Of a stretch of 64,000 bases of DNA, positions 1 to 9,438 are shown piece by piece. The notes beneath the pieces are model-generated. The model worked only from the letters and a program-made list of their open reading frames with translations. It was not told the origin of the DNA and did not search any database. This DNA comes from Alphaproteobacteria bacterium (GTDB taxonomy: Bacteria > Pseudomonadota > Alphaproteobacteria > SP197). The position numbers and the translations under genes were made by a program. The DNA is taken from positions 736,001-800,000 of the forward strand of contig OZ219918.1 of assembly GCA_964291415.2 (NCBI GenBank), given 5' to 3'. The stretch's first letter is position 1. Every line of letters begins with the position of its first letter.

Positions 1-1644
1 GTCGACGAACACCTCGACGAATTCCCCCTCGTCGACGAGTTCCCGCGCCATCTGCCGTTCGGCCCTGAATGGCGAGATGAAGGAGACGAGGACGATGAGT
101 CCGGCATCGGCAAAGAGCCTGGCGACCTCGGCGATGCGGCGAATGTTCTCCACCCGGTCGGCATCGGTGAACCCGAGGTCCCGGTTCAGCCCGAAGCGGA
201 TGTTGTCGCCGTCGAGCAGGTAGCTGTGGCGTCCCATGGCGGCGAGCCGGCGTTCGACATGATTGGCGGTGGTCGACTTGCCGGAACCCGACAGCCCGGT
301 GAACCACAGGATGCAGGGTTTCTGGTGTTTCTGGGCAGCGCGCAGATCCCTGCCGACATCGATGGCCTGGCGCTCCAGGTTCGTGGCCCGCCGCAGGCCG
401 AAATCGATCATGCCGGCCGCCACGGTGCGGTTGGTGAACCGGTCGATGAGGATGAAGCTTCCCGTGCCGTTCACCTCGTCATAGGGATCGCAGGCGATCG
501 TCTGGTCCAGTGCCAGGTTGCAGTAGCCGATCTCGTTGAGAGAGAGCGTCCTCGCCGCCACATGTTCGAGGGTGTCGACATGGAGGCGGTGGCGCAGGTC
601 GGTGACTCTCGCCATCGTCGTTCGGGTGCCCGATTTCATGAGGTAGAGCCGTTCCGGCAGCAGGTCATCCTCGTCCATCCAGATGATGTGGGCAGCGAAC
701 TGGTCGGTCGTCTGCGGCGGCTGGTCCGACGCGGCCAGCACATGCCCCCTCGCGATGACGATGTCGTCGGTGAGTTCCAGGGTGACTGACTCGCCGGCGC
801 CGGCCTCCTCGAGATCGCCGTCGAAGGCGATGATGCGGGAGACGGTCGACGACCTGAGGGAGGGAGCCGCCACCACCTCCATACCCGGCCTTACCGTTCC
901 CGAGACTATGAGGCCACTGTAGCCCGGACGGTCCTGATCCGGACGGCTGACCCTCTGGACCGGCATGCGGAAGGGGCCGGCTGCCGCACTTCTGCCGGCA
1001 TGCGCCGATTCCAGGATTGCGAGCAGCGTCTCGCCGCGATACCAGGGCATCTCGTCCGAGCGTTCGAGCACGTTGGCGCCGGTGACGGCCGAGACCGGCA
1101 CGGCATCCACGTACGAAAACCCGAGCTGCGCGGCGTGGTGACGGAACGTCTCCTCGATCACCTGGAACACCCCCTCGTCCCAGTCAACGAGATCCATCTT
1201 GTTGACCGCCAGGATGACGTGGGGGATGCCGAGCAGGCTGGCAATGGCGGCATGGCGGAAGCCTTGTGTGAGGACGCCCTTCTTCGCGTCGATGAGGATG
1301 AGGGCGAGATCCGCGGTCGAGGCGCCGATCGCCATGTTGCGGGTGTACCGGACGTGCCCTGGTGTGTCGGCAACGATGAAGCGGCGCCTTGATGTCTGGA
1401 AGCAGCGGTAGGCGACATCGACGGTGATGTCCTGTTCGCGTTCCCCCTCGAGACCGTCGACGAGGAGCGCCAGGTCGATCCCGTCTCCCCGGGTTCCCCA
1501 GATGCGTCTTGCCGCGGCGATGTCGGCGAATTCATCCTCGAAGATGGGCGCAGCGTCGTGGAACAGGCGTGCGATGAGTGTCGACTTTCCGTCATCGACA
1601 CTGCCGCATGTCACGAAGCGCAGAAGATCGGCCGTATCGCTCAT
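1..1644 (-). CDS. cysNC: Bifunctional sulfate adenylyltransferase subunit 1 / APS kinase (CysN/CysC), runs off the left edge; CysN part diverged
   Basis: Manual translation from ATG at 1644: [31 protein letters not shown]; C-terminal [12 protein letters not shown]...LLDGDNIR...RVENIRR...SFISPF of APS kinase. Absent from the ORF track because its stop lies outside the window. Confidence 0.9.
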   Translation of the reverse strand, partial: MSDTADLLRFVTCGSVDDGKSTLIARLFHDAAPIFEDEFADIAAARRIWGTRGDGIDLALLVDGLEGEREQDITVDVAYRCFQTSRRRFIVADTPGHVRYTRNMAIGASTADLALILIDAKKGVLTQGFRHAAIASLLGIPHVILAVNKMDLVDWDEGVFQVIEETFRHHAAQLGFSYVDAVPVSAVTGANVLERSDEMPWYRGETLLAILESAHAGRSAAAGPFRMPVQRVSRPDQDRPGYSGLIVSGTVRPGMEVVAAPSLRSSTVSRIIAFDGDLEEAGAGESVTLELTDDIVIARGHVLAASDQPPQTTDQFAAHIIWMDEDDLLPERLYLMKSGTRTTMARVTDLRHRLHVDTLEHVAARTLSLNEIGYCNLALDQTIACDPYDEVNGTGSFILIDRFTNRTVAAGMIDFGLRRATNLERQAIDVGRDLRAAQKHQKPCILWFTGLSGSGKSTTANHVERRLAAMGRHSYLLDGDNIRFGLNRDLGFTDADRVENIRRIAEVARLFADAGLIVLVSFISPFRAERQMARELVDEGEFVEVFVD

Positions 1645-2070
1645 CTAGACGCAGCCCTCTCGCGTCTTCCTCTCCATCGAACCCGGCTGGTCGCGGTCGA
1701 TCAGCCGTCCAGTTCTCTCCGACGTCTTGAGGGCCCGCATTTCGTCGATGTCGGTCGGCGACTCGATGGCGCCGGTGAGAGGCCGGCGGCCCAGAGTGCG
1801 GAATCTTGCGCGGCGCATGCGGACGGTCTGGCCCTCCTTCAGCGCCATCCGGTCGCGAAAGGCATAGGTCTCCGGGAACTTCCCGGTGGTGCCGACATGG
1901 AGCAGGGGAAAGGGTGGCCCCGATGGACGGAAGGCCTTGCGCGCCAGGTCCAGCATCACCGAGGAGTCCTTGCCGATCGAATAGAGCGTGACTGGGCGGC
2001 GGAACTCGCTCACCGCCTCGCGCGTGATATGGATGGATTGCGCCTCGAGCCGGTGCAGATATGAAACCAT
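1645..2070 (-). pseudogene. cysD: Internally deleted sulfate adenylyltransferase subunit 2 (CysD) remnant, 141 aa
   Basis: N-terminal [35 protein letters not shown] joined directly to C-terminal [31 protein letters not shown]; CysD is normally about 300 aa. Confidence 0.85.
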
Positions 2071-2232
2071 GCTGCAAACCCTTCCCTGCAGTCACGTCCC
2101 GGGGCAGGGATGAGGACCATCATGTTATCCCGCGCGGGCTATCAATCCAATCGTGCGACCTGCCGCCTGCCTTCATGTTTCAGCGTGCGTGATGTAGGGT
2201 GAGAGCGTGTATCGCAGCCAGGCAGCAGTCCG

Positions 2233-3168
2233 ATGACGACACGTTTCTACACGCACGAAGCGTGCCTTGCCCACGATACCGGCCCTCATCATCCCGAGAG
2301 GGCGTCCCGACTGCAGACGATCCTCCATACCTTCGATGACCAGAGGTTTGCGACGCTCGAGCGCTGCGTTCCACAGCCCGCGACACCCGGCCACGTCGCT
2401 CTCATGCACCCGGCGCCATGGGTCGACGCGGTGCTGGACGCCATTCCTGCGACCGGTCACGGCCATCTCGATGCGGACACTGTGGTCTCGAGCGGTTCGG
2501 GGGAGGCGGCCCTCGTCGCTGCCGGCGCCCTCGTCGAGGCGGTCGATGCGGTGGTGAACGGCGAGGCTCGCAACGCCTTCTGCGCCGTTCGTCCTCCAGG
2601 CCACCACGCGGAACAGACACGCGCCATGGGCTTCTGCCTCTTCAATTCCGTCGCTGTCGGCGCCGCTCACGCCCGTGCCGCCCACGGTCTCCACAGGGTC
2701 GCGGTCGTCGACTTCGACGTCCATCACGGCAACGGCACACAGGCGATGTTCTGGGACGAGGAGGGAATGTTCTACGCCTCGACCCACCAGTATCCCCACT
2801 ACCCGGGAACCGGCAGCGAAGACGAGACCGGACGCTGGAACAACATCGTGAACGCCCCGCTTCGCCCGGGCGTGGGGAGCGCCGACTTCCGGGCCGCCAT
2901 CGATGATCGCGTCATTCCGGCGCTCGATGCGTTCCGTCCCGAGATGCTGTTCATGTCTGCAGGCTTCGATGCCCACGAGCGTGATCCGCTGGCCAGCATC
3001 AATCTGGTGGAAGACGACTTTGCCTGGGTGACTGAGCGTCTGCTCGACGTCGCCCGACTTCACTCGGGCGGGCGTGTTGTGTCGGTCCTGGAAGGCGGTT
3101 ATGACCTCGATGCCCTGGCGGCGAGCGCCGCCCGGCACGTCGGCGAACTCATGGAGGCAGGGGAATGA
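2233..3168 (+). CDS. Histone deacetylase family (AcuC/AphA-like) amidohydrolase
   Basis: HPE, RPPGHHA, GFCLFN, DFDVHHGNGTQ, SAGFDAH, LEGGY motifs. Confidence 0.95.
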   Translation: MTTRFYTHEACLAHDTGPHHPERASRLQTILHTFDDQRFATLERCVPQPATPGHVALMHPAPWVDAVLDAIPATGHGHLDADTVVSSGSGEAALVAAGALVEAVDAVVNGEARNAFCAVRPPGHHAEQTRAMGFCLFNSVAVGAAHARAAHGLHRVAVVDFDVHHGNGTQAMFWDEEGMFYASTHQYPHYPGTGSEDETGRWNNIVNAPLRPGVGSADFRAAIDDRVIPALDAFRPEMLFMSAGFDAHERDPLASINLVEDDFAWVTERLLDVARLHSGGRVVSVLEGGYDLDALAASAARHVGELMEAGE

Positions 3169-3422
3169 CAGGCGTGGACACCGAAGAGGACATTGCCTCG
3201 ATGAGTTTCGAGGCCGCCATGGAGGAACTCGAGACCATTGTCGCGCGCCTCGAGAAGGGCGAGGCGAAACTCGACGAGGCGATCAGCGACTACGAACGGG
3301 GCGCCCTCCTGCGGCGACACTGCGAAGCCAGATTGCGGGAGGCCCGCGAGAAGGTCGAGAAGATCCGCCTCGGCGCCGACGGAAGCCTCGAGGCCGAACC
3401 GGAGCCTGCCGGGCAGGAATGA
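3165..3422 (+). CDS. xseB: Exodeoxyribonuclease VII small subunit
   Basis: SFEAAMEELETIVARLEKG..LDEAISDYERG..L...C; conserved position before ispA. Confidence 0.95.
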   Translation: MTGVDTEEDIASMSFEAAMEELETIVARLEKGEAKLDEAISDYERGALLRRHCEARLREAREKVEKIRLGADGSLEAEPEPAGQE

Positions 3423-3426
3423 GGCA

Positions 3427-4305
3427 ATGGCAAGCCTGCCGGACATACTGGGAAGCGGCGCCCGGAGCGTCGAAGAGACGCTCGAGCGGCTCTTGCCGCA
3501 GGCATCCGGACCGGAGAGCAGATTCCACGAAGCCATGCGCTATGCCGTCTTCAACGGTGGCAAGCGCCTGCGTCCGGTGCTCGTGCTGCTGTCTGCCGCG
3601 GTGTACGGAATTACCGGAATCCGCGCCCTGAGGACGGCAGCCGCTGTCGAGATGATCCACTGCTATTCGCTGATTCACGACGACCTGCCCGCACTCGACA
3701 ACGATGATCTGCGACGCGGCCAGCCGACCTGTCACCGGGCCTTTGACGAGGCGACGGCGATCCTCGCCGGAGACGGCCTGCAGTCGCTGGCCTTCGAGGT
3801 TCTGGCCGATCCGGCCACTCACGAGGATGCCGACGTGCGCATCGGCCTCGTCAGCGCCCTTGCCAGCGCGTCGGGGTGCACGGGCATGATTGCCGGTCAG
3901 GCGATCGACATGGCGGCGGAACGCATGGCCATCGATCCCCCCGGGATCAGGCGCCTGCAGGCCCTCAAGACCGGAGGTCTCTTTGTCTTCAGCACCCGGG
4001 CTGGCGCCATTCTCGCGAAGGCGGACGAAGCGGCGATGATCGCTTTTGGCAGGGATCTGGGAACGGCTTTCCAGATCACCGACGACATTCTCGACGTCAT
4101 AGGCAGCAGGGACGTTCTGGGCAAGGCGACCGGCAAGGATGCCGCTGCCGGCAAGGCGACGCTGGTTCAGACTCTCGGGCTGGAAGCGGCCCGGCGCAAG
4201 GCGGTCGAGCTTTCCGAGCGGGCAATCGATGCTCTCGAGGCGTTCGGGGAGGCAGCCGACGGTCTGCGTGACCTGGCGCGGTTTGCCGTCCATCGCCAGG
4301 TCTGA
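3427..4305 (+). CDS. ispA: Farnesyl diphosphate synthase / geranyltranstransferase
   Basis: GGKRLRP, SLIHDDLPALDNDDLRRG, FQITDDILD, GKD; start moved to ATG 3427 after GAGG. Confidence 0.95.
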   Translation: MASLPDILGSGARSVEETLERLLPQASGPESRFHEAMRYAVFNGGKRLRPVLVLLSAAVYGITGIRALRTAAAVEMIHCYSLIHDDLPALDNDDLRRGQPTCHRAFDEATAILAGDGLQSLAFEVLADPATHEDADVRIGLVSALASASGCTGMIAGQAIDMAAERMAIDPPGIRRLQALKTGGLFVFSTRAGAILAKADEAAMIAFGRDLGTAFQITDDILDVIGSRDVLGKATGKDAAAGKATLVQTLGLEAARRKAVELSERAIDALEAFGEAADGLRDLARFAVHRQV

Positions 4306-4313
4306 AGTCCTTC

Positions 4314-5063
4314 GTGGCACGACCCTGCCGGCAGCGTGTTGATCAACTGCTGGTTCGGCGTCAGTTGGCGCCAAGCCGAACACGGGCGCAGTCGCTGGTC
4401 ATGGCGGGCGCCGTGTTCAGCGGCTCGAGGCGGATCGACAAGCCCGGTGAACTGATGGCCGTCGACAGCGCCATCGAGGTTCGCAGGCCGGATCATCCCT
4501 GGGTGTCGCGGGGAGGCCTCAAGCTTGAGCACGCCCTGGATCACTTCGCCATCGATGTCCGGGACGCCCCGGCCCTCGACCTTGGAGCGTCCACCGGCGG
4601 ATTCGTGGACGTTCTCGTCGCCCGGGGTGCGGCTCATGTCTGGGCCGTCGATGTCGGCAGGGGACAGCTTGCATGGAGGTTGCGCCAGTCTCCCCGCGTC
4701 ACCGTTCTGGAGGGGGTCAACGCACGCGCCCTCGATGCGGAGCTCATTCCCGAATCGCCGGACATCGTCGTCGCCGATCTTTCCTTCATATCGCTGATGA
4801 CCGCATTGCCGGCGGCACTGTCGCTGGCGGCCCCGGCCTCGCACCTGGTTGCGCTCATCAAACCCCAGTTTGAAGCCGGACGGGAACGTGTCGGCAAGGG
4901 CGGCATCGTCCGTGATCCGGCGGTGCACCAGGACGTCTGTGCCGGCATCCGCACCTGGCTTGCCGACACCATGGGCTGGCACCCCCTCGGCATTGTCGAC
5001 AGTCCGATCACGGGCCGCACCGGCAACCGCGAGTTTCTCATCGCCGCCCGCAAGCCCGGCTGA
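4314..5063 (+). CDS. tlyA: TlyA family rRNA 2'-O-methyltransferase (S4 + FtsJ domains)
   Basis: VSRGGLKL, LDLGASTGGF, DLSFISL, LIKPQFE, SPITG..GNREF. Confidence 0.95.
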   Translation: MARPCRQRVDQLLVRRQLAPSRTRAQSLVMAGAVFSGSRRIDKPGELMAVDSAIEVRRPDHPWVSRGGLKLEHALDHFAIDVRDAPALDLGASTGGFVDVLVARGAAHVWAVDVGRGQLAWRLRQSPRVTVLEGVNARALDAELIPESPDIVVADLSFISLMTALPAALSLAAPASHLVALIKPQFEAGRERVGKGGIVRDPAVHQDVCAGIRTWLADTMGWHPLGIVDSPITGRTGNREFLIAARKPG

Positions 5064-5161
5064 CAGCGCACCACTTGACCCGGGGCGTTGCCGTTCGTCC
5101 CGTCGCTCCGTAGTCTCGTCGTCGATGCTTCCTTGTGCCGGAACGCGACCAGGAGGGCAGC

Positions 5162-5980
5162 ATGGCCGATCCAATCGTCAACACCCGCATCTCCTGGCCC
5201 CGTGGCGCGAAGTGCGCGGTTCTGCTGAGTTTCGATTTCGATGCCGAGACGCTCTGGATCGGCCGAGACAAGATCAACTGGAAACGACCGGGCGTGCTGT
5301 CTCAGGGCAGGTACGGCGCCAACCTTGGCGTGCCAAAGATTCTCGAGACCCTGGAGGATGCCGGCGTTCCGGCGACGTTCTTCGTTCCCGGCTGGACCGC
5401 CGAGAACCACACGGCACGCGTGGAGCAGATCCTGGAACGTGGACACGAGGTTGGTCACCACAGCTATCTGCACGAATGGATCGACCCGGAAGACCCGGCC
5501 GCCGAGGAGGCGGAGCTCGACCGCGGCCTGGAAGCCCTCCAGAACACGGTGGGCATCGTTCCCTCGGGCTACCGTTCACCAGCGGGTGAAACCAGCGACA
5601 ACATGGTCCGCCTGCTGACGGAACGCGGCTTCGTCTACGACAGCTCCATGATGGATCACATCAATCCCTACAGGCACCCGTCGGGACTGATCGAGCTGCC
5701 CTGGCACTGGAGTCTCGACGATGCGATCTACGCGCTGTTTTCGGTCAGGAATCCGAGGCCGGTGTTCACCAACAGCCATATCCTGGAGATCTGGCAGGAG
5801 GAGTTCCGGGAGATCCACGCGTGGGGAGGGCTCTTCGATCTCGTCATGCACCCTCAGATCACGGGCCGCCCCTCGAGAATCAGGCTGCTGCGCGAGATGA
5901 TCGCGTGGATGCAGTCCTTCCCGGACGTCTGGTTCGCCACCGCCCGCGAAATCGCCGACGCCTGGGCGGCCCAGGAGTGA
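5162..5980 (+). CDS. Polysaccharide deacetylase (CE4, PuuE/PgdA-like)
   Basis: SFDFDAE, ATFFVPG, GHEVGHHSYLH, GYRSP, YDSS, MHPQITGRP; AGGAGG RBS before ATG 5162. Confidence 0.9.
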   Translation: MADPIVNTRISWPRGAKCAVLLSFDFDAETLWIGRDKINWKRPGVLSQGRYGANLGVPKILETLEDAGVPATFFVPGWTAENHTARVEQILERGHEVGHHSYLHEWIDPEDPAAEEAELDRGLEALQNTVGIVPSGYRSPAGETSDNMVRLLTERGFVYDSSMMDHINPYRHPSGLIELPWHWSLDDAIYALFSVRNPRPVFTNSHILEIWQEEFREIHAWGGLFDLVMHPQITGRPSRIRLLREMIAWMQSFPDVWFATAREIADAWAAQE

Positions 5981-6176
5981 CACCTGTGGGGAGTCGCCGG
6001 AACCAGGCGGGGAGGAGCCGGTGCCGGAGCCTGACTGGTTGGACAGGTTGACGAACCGGGCGCCGTGTTCCCGGAGCGCTCCGCAACCGCAGTCGTCGCC
6101 GAACGGGAGTCCCGGAGGCGAGCGACCTCGCCAGGTCGCCATGCGTCTCTCATAATCGCAGGATCCGGATGTTACG

Positions 6177-6677
6177 ATGACCTTGTCCGAAGAGATCGCC
6201 TCCTGGGACGGCAAGTCCGCTGCCGCTCTGCAATCGACCTATGAGCGCCACTGCGCCGAAGAGGGCTTTGTCGCGACGATCCTAGGCCATTTCGCGGATG
6301 TCGAATTGCAACGGGCGGCAACCTGGCTGCTGAAGAAACATCTTGAGTCCGGCAACTCCCTGACCGCCGCCGATGGCCGCGCCGTCTTCGACATGCTGTC
6401 CGTTCAGGGTCATTGGGAATGCAAGTTGCATGTCCTCCAATGCCTTCCCTACCTGGAGATTCCCGAGAGCGAGAGCGCCAGTCTGGAACGGTTTCTGGAT
6501 GCCTGTCTCGAGAGCGACAACAAGTTCGTGAGGGCGTGGGCCTATAACGGGTTCAGCGAACTGTCGCTGCGCTTTCCGAGATACCGGGAGAGGGTGGACG
6601 GCCTGCTCGCCCGGGCCGCCACATCGGAAGCGGCGTCGGTTCGGGCAAGAATTCGCAATATCCTTAAACGGCGCTGA
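6177..6677 (+). CDS. Hypothetical helical-repeat (HEAT/ARM-like) protein
   Basis: 166-aa ORF with amphipathic helices, NKFVRAWAY and ASVRARIR; CATAAT -10 upstream. Confidence 0.65.
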   Translation: MTLSEEIASWDGKSAAALQSTYERHCAEEGFVATILGHFADVELQRAATWLLKKHLESGNSLTAADGRAVFDMLSVQGHWECKLHVLQCLPYLEIPESESASLERFLDACLESDNKFVRAWAYNGFSELSLRFPRYRERVDGLLARAATSEAASVRARIRNILKRR

Positions 6678-6700
6678 GATACCGACTACCGCTCGTCCGC

Positions 6701-7162
6701 ATGCGGCATGCGGTATCCGACGCCGCGGTGGTTGTAGAACCAGGCCGGGCGGGCGGCGGGCTCGCCTGGACCGACCCCAAGAGCGGGATCACGGTCGAGA
6801 TCAAGGCGCGCGGCCTGCCGGCCCACGATGCGCACGGGTTCCGCGAGCTCGGCCTCTTGGGCTCATTCGGCTGGGACCCGAGACCGGGCTCCGGCTGTGG
6901 TCCGTCGCTGACGCTGACCATGAGCGCGTCGGCCTCGGGCGGCGTGGCCCCGCTGTTCGGCAAAGCCGCGCCGTCGGCACTCTCGGCCAACGACACCGCT
7001 GCCGGGCTCGACTCGCGGCGCTTCGAAGCGAAGCTGGGCTACGGCATCGGCGCGTTCGGCGACCGGTCCTTCGAGCTCAGGCTCGACGCGACCCGAACGG
7101 AGCCCTCCAACGACAACGCGCCGGAGCACAGCGTCGGACTGACGATGACGGCTCGTTGGTAG
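6701..7162 (+). pseudogene. Remnant of the C-terminal beta-barrel of an autotransporter-like surface protein
   Basis: GGGLAWTDP.SG....ARGL.AH...GFRE.G....WDPRP..G.GPSLTL...SASGG...ANDT...RRFEAKLGYG...ELRLDATR.E..NDNAPEH.VG....ARW; no signal peptide or passenger domain. Confidence 0.7.
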
Positions 7163-7336
7163 CACTGTGGAGGCCCAGGCGGCGCGCGCTCTGGAGTCCG
7201 GAATGTGACGCAGGTCCAATCAGGAAGATCCGGTCCATTTGCTGGCACGTGGAGATGACGTGCGGAATGAGGCTCTCATTCTGCCGAGGATCGATCTTTC
7301 GGACTCCGGGCCGAACCGGAAGAATCTCTCCGGATC

Positions 7337-8551
7337 TTACACGGTGGTGATGGTCCGTGGCAGTGAGGAGAGAACCTCGAGGCCGGAGTCGGTGACGAGG
7401 AAGCTGTCGATCCAGGCGGCGCCGGATCCGCCTGGCCAGTCCTCCCAGACGTCGAACTGGTTCTCGAGGTTGAACACCTGGCCTGGCTCCAGGGTGCGGT
7501 CTCCCAGGTTGTTGCGGGGGCTGATCCAGTGGCTGCCGCACCAGTCCGGGGGCACGGCGATGCCGAGAGAGTAGCCGCCGACAAACCAGACCCACTGCCT
7601 CAGTCCGGCGCGGTCGATGTAGTCGTCCGCCACCTCCTGGACCTTCGAGACCGGATCGCCGGGCCGGCATGCTTGCGTGACGGCATCCATGCAGCCGGCG
7701 GATGTTGTCATGAGCCTGGTCCAGCGCTCGTCGGGCTGGCCTAAGGAAAACGTGCGGTTGAGGTTGACGTGGTAGCGGTGGAGGCAGCCGCAGAAATCGA
7801 GAAACACCAGGTCTCCCTGCCTGATGCGGCGGTGCTGCGGGGGACTGTGGTGGGTGCCGGCGCGAGGGCCTGTGCCCACCATGGTGCGGATTCCGGGATA
7901 GCCGCCGCCCGCCTTCATCATGGTCGAGGCGACGACGGCTTCGAGGTGTGTCTCCATCACGCCCTCGGCAATGGCGTCACGGGCCGCCAGCATGGCCTCG
8001 TCGGCGATGGCGGCCGCCCGCTTCATCACGGCAACCTCCGCCGGCGACTTCACGAAGCGCAGTTCCTCGACGAGGAACGAGGCGTCGTCCACCGTCGCTC
8101 CACCGGCCTCGAGGACCGCCTTGAGCGTGTCGCTGGTCCGCCCGTGGGGGGCGTAGGCCCAGGGCTGTATTCCGACCCTTGCCGAAGCGAGGCCGAAGTC
8201 TCCAAGGGCTCCGGCGACCTGGCGGCACTCGCTCTCCACGGATTCGTGATTGAGCCAGCACACGTCGCGAATCTCCGGCGTGGTGGAAATGATCGTCGTG
8301 TGGCCGCGACCGTCGAAGAACAGCGTGTCGTCGCTGCCGGCGCGTACCAGGAGCCCTGTCAGGTTCTCGAGGTGATACCAGATCATGTCATAGCCGGTGA
8401 GCCACGTGAGATCGGCCGGGTTGGTGACGAAGAGAGCCTCGAGACCGGCACGGGTCATCGCCTGCCTCGTGCGTTCCCGGCGCCGGGCATACTCCTCGGC
8501 TGTGAAAGGCTGGTCCCAGTCAATCTGTTGGCGCAGGTAGGTCTGGATCAT
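7337..8551 (-). CDS. M24 family amidohydrolase (creatinase/ectoine hydrolase DoeA-like)
   Basis: FT.EEY.RR..TR.AM...GL..L.VT.PA...WLTGYD; R.VKS.AE; GYSLG in place of GHGVG; start at MIQTYL after GGAGA. Confidence 0.85.
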   Translation of the reverse strand: MIQTYLRQQIDWDQPFTAEEYARRRERTRQAMTRAGLEALFVTNPADLTWLTGYDMIWYHLENLTGLLVRAGSDDTLFFDGRGHTTIISTTPEIRDVCWLNHESVESECRQVAGALGDFGLASARVGIQPWAYAPHGRTSDTLKAVLEAGGATVDDASFLVEELRFVKSPAEVAVMKRAAAIADEAMLAARDAIAEGVMETHLEAVVASTMMKAGGGYPGIRTMVGTGPRAGTHHSPPQHRRIRQGDLVFLDFCGCLHRYHVNLNRTFSLGQPDERWTRLMTTSAGCMDAVTQACRPGDPVSKVQEVADDYIDRAGLRQWVWFVGGYSLGIAVPPDWCGSHWISPRNNLGDRTLEPGQVFNLENQFDVWEDWPGGSGAAWIDSFLVTDSGLEVLSSLPRTITTV

Positions 8552-8591
8552 GGCGTTCTCCGGGGGCCGGTGGTTGATGACAATCGGCGGG

Positions 8592-9428
8592 TCAGTCGGA
8601 CTGCCAGCCCCACATCTCGCCGCCCTTGAGGTCCCCGAGAGGCACACGGCCGCGATCGGTGGGATAGTAGCCGAGCATGCCGCCGTGCAGACTGTAGCCC
8701 ATGAGGCGCTGCAGGTGTTCCGGCAAGGCGGCGGCGGTGGCGCGGGGGACCGCAAGAACGTGGTTCACCTCCTGGCGCAGCCAGCCGAGGCAGTAGGTGT
8801 TGATGAGGCCGGCACGGGGCCGACGGTCGTGGTTCGCGCCGCCGCCGTGCCATACGGATCCGAGATAGAAGAGGGCCGATCCCTTCGGCATCTCGGCAGA
8901 CACCACGGGGTCGTCGGGCCCGGGAGAGCGCCACGGTGGCCAGCGGTGGCTCTCCGGCACGAGCCGGGTTGCTCCGTTGAGTTCGGTGAAGGTCTCAAGG
9001 GCCCACATGACCGAGACCTGCAACTCGATGCCGGGGATCTGGACGGGATAGATCGTGTCGTCGCGATGGAGAACCTGCGTGGTCTCGCCGGGGTGGATCT
9101 CGATGGCCGTGCAGCTGCCGATGAGATAGGACGTGCAGTGGTCGAGGAGAATGGCGTCGAGTACACGCATCATGCCACGGTGACCGACAATACCGGCGGA
9201 TGCCGGCGAGATGTCGAGGACCGAGTTGACCCGCAGGGTAGTGTAGCCGTTGAAGTCGCTCTCGGTGGATCGTCCCACCTGGTCGAAGGGTTCCCTGAGG
9301 TCGTCCCTTACCTCATCGGCGACAGCATCATCGATGTAGTTCTCGACGATGGCCGCGCCGTCGCGCCGGATCGCTTCGACGATGTCGGAGACCGGTGCGT
9401 CGTCGTCGAACCGTTCGAGCCCGGACAT
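8592..9428 (-). CDS. Phytanoyl-CoA dioxygenase family Fe(II)/2-oxoglutarate enzyme
   Basis: I.I.PGE..Q.LHRDD, FTELNGATR.VP.SH, WHGGGAN, GWLRQE. Confidence 0.92.
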   Translation of the reverse strand: MSGLERFDDDAPVSDIVEAIRRDGAAIVENYIDDAVADEVRDDLREPFDQVGRSTESDFNGYTTLRVNSVLDISPASAGIVGHRGMMRVLDAILLDHCTSYLIGSCTAIEIHPGETTQVLHRDDTIYPVQIPGIELQVSVMWALETFTELNGATRLVPESHRWPPWRSPGPDDPVVSAEMPKGSALFYLGSVWHGGGANHDRRPRAGLINTYCLGWLRQEVNHVLAVPRATAAALPEHLQRLMGYSLHGGMLGYYPTDRGRVPLGDLKGGEMWGWQSD

Positions 9429-9438
9429 GCGCCTCCCG

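Noticed and set aside
6014-6035. 22-nt near-repeat GGAGCCGG..CCGG.GCCTGAC, also at 31989-32010 (19 of 22)
   Set aside because: GC-rich, a similar string occurs within xseB coding sequence, and the flanks do not align; probably chance
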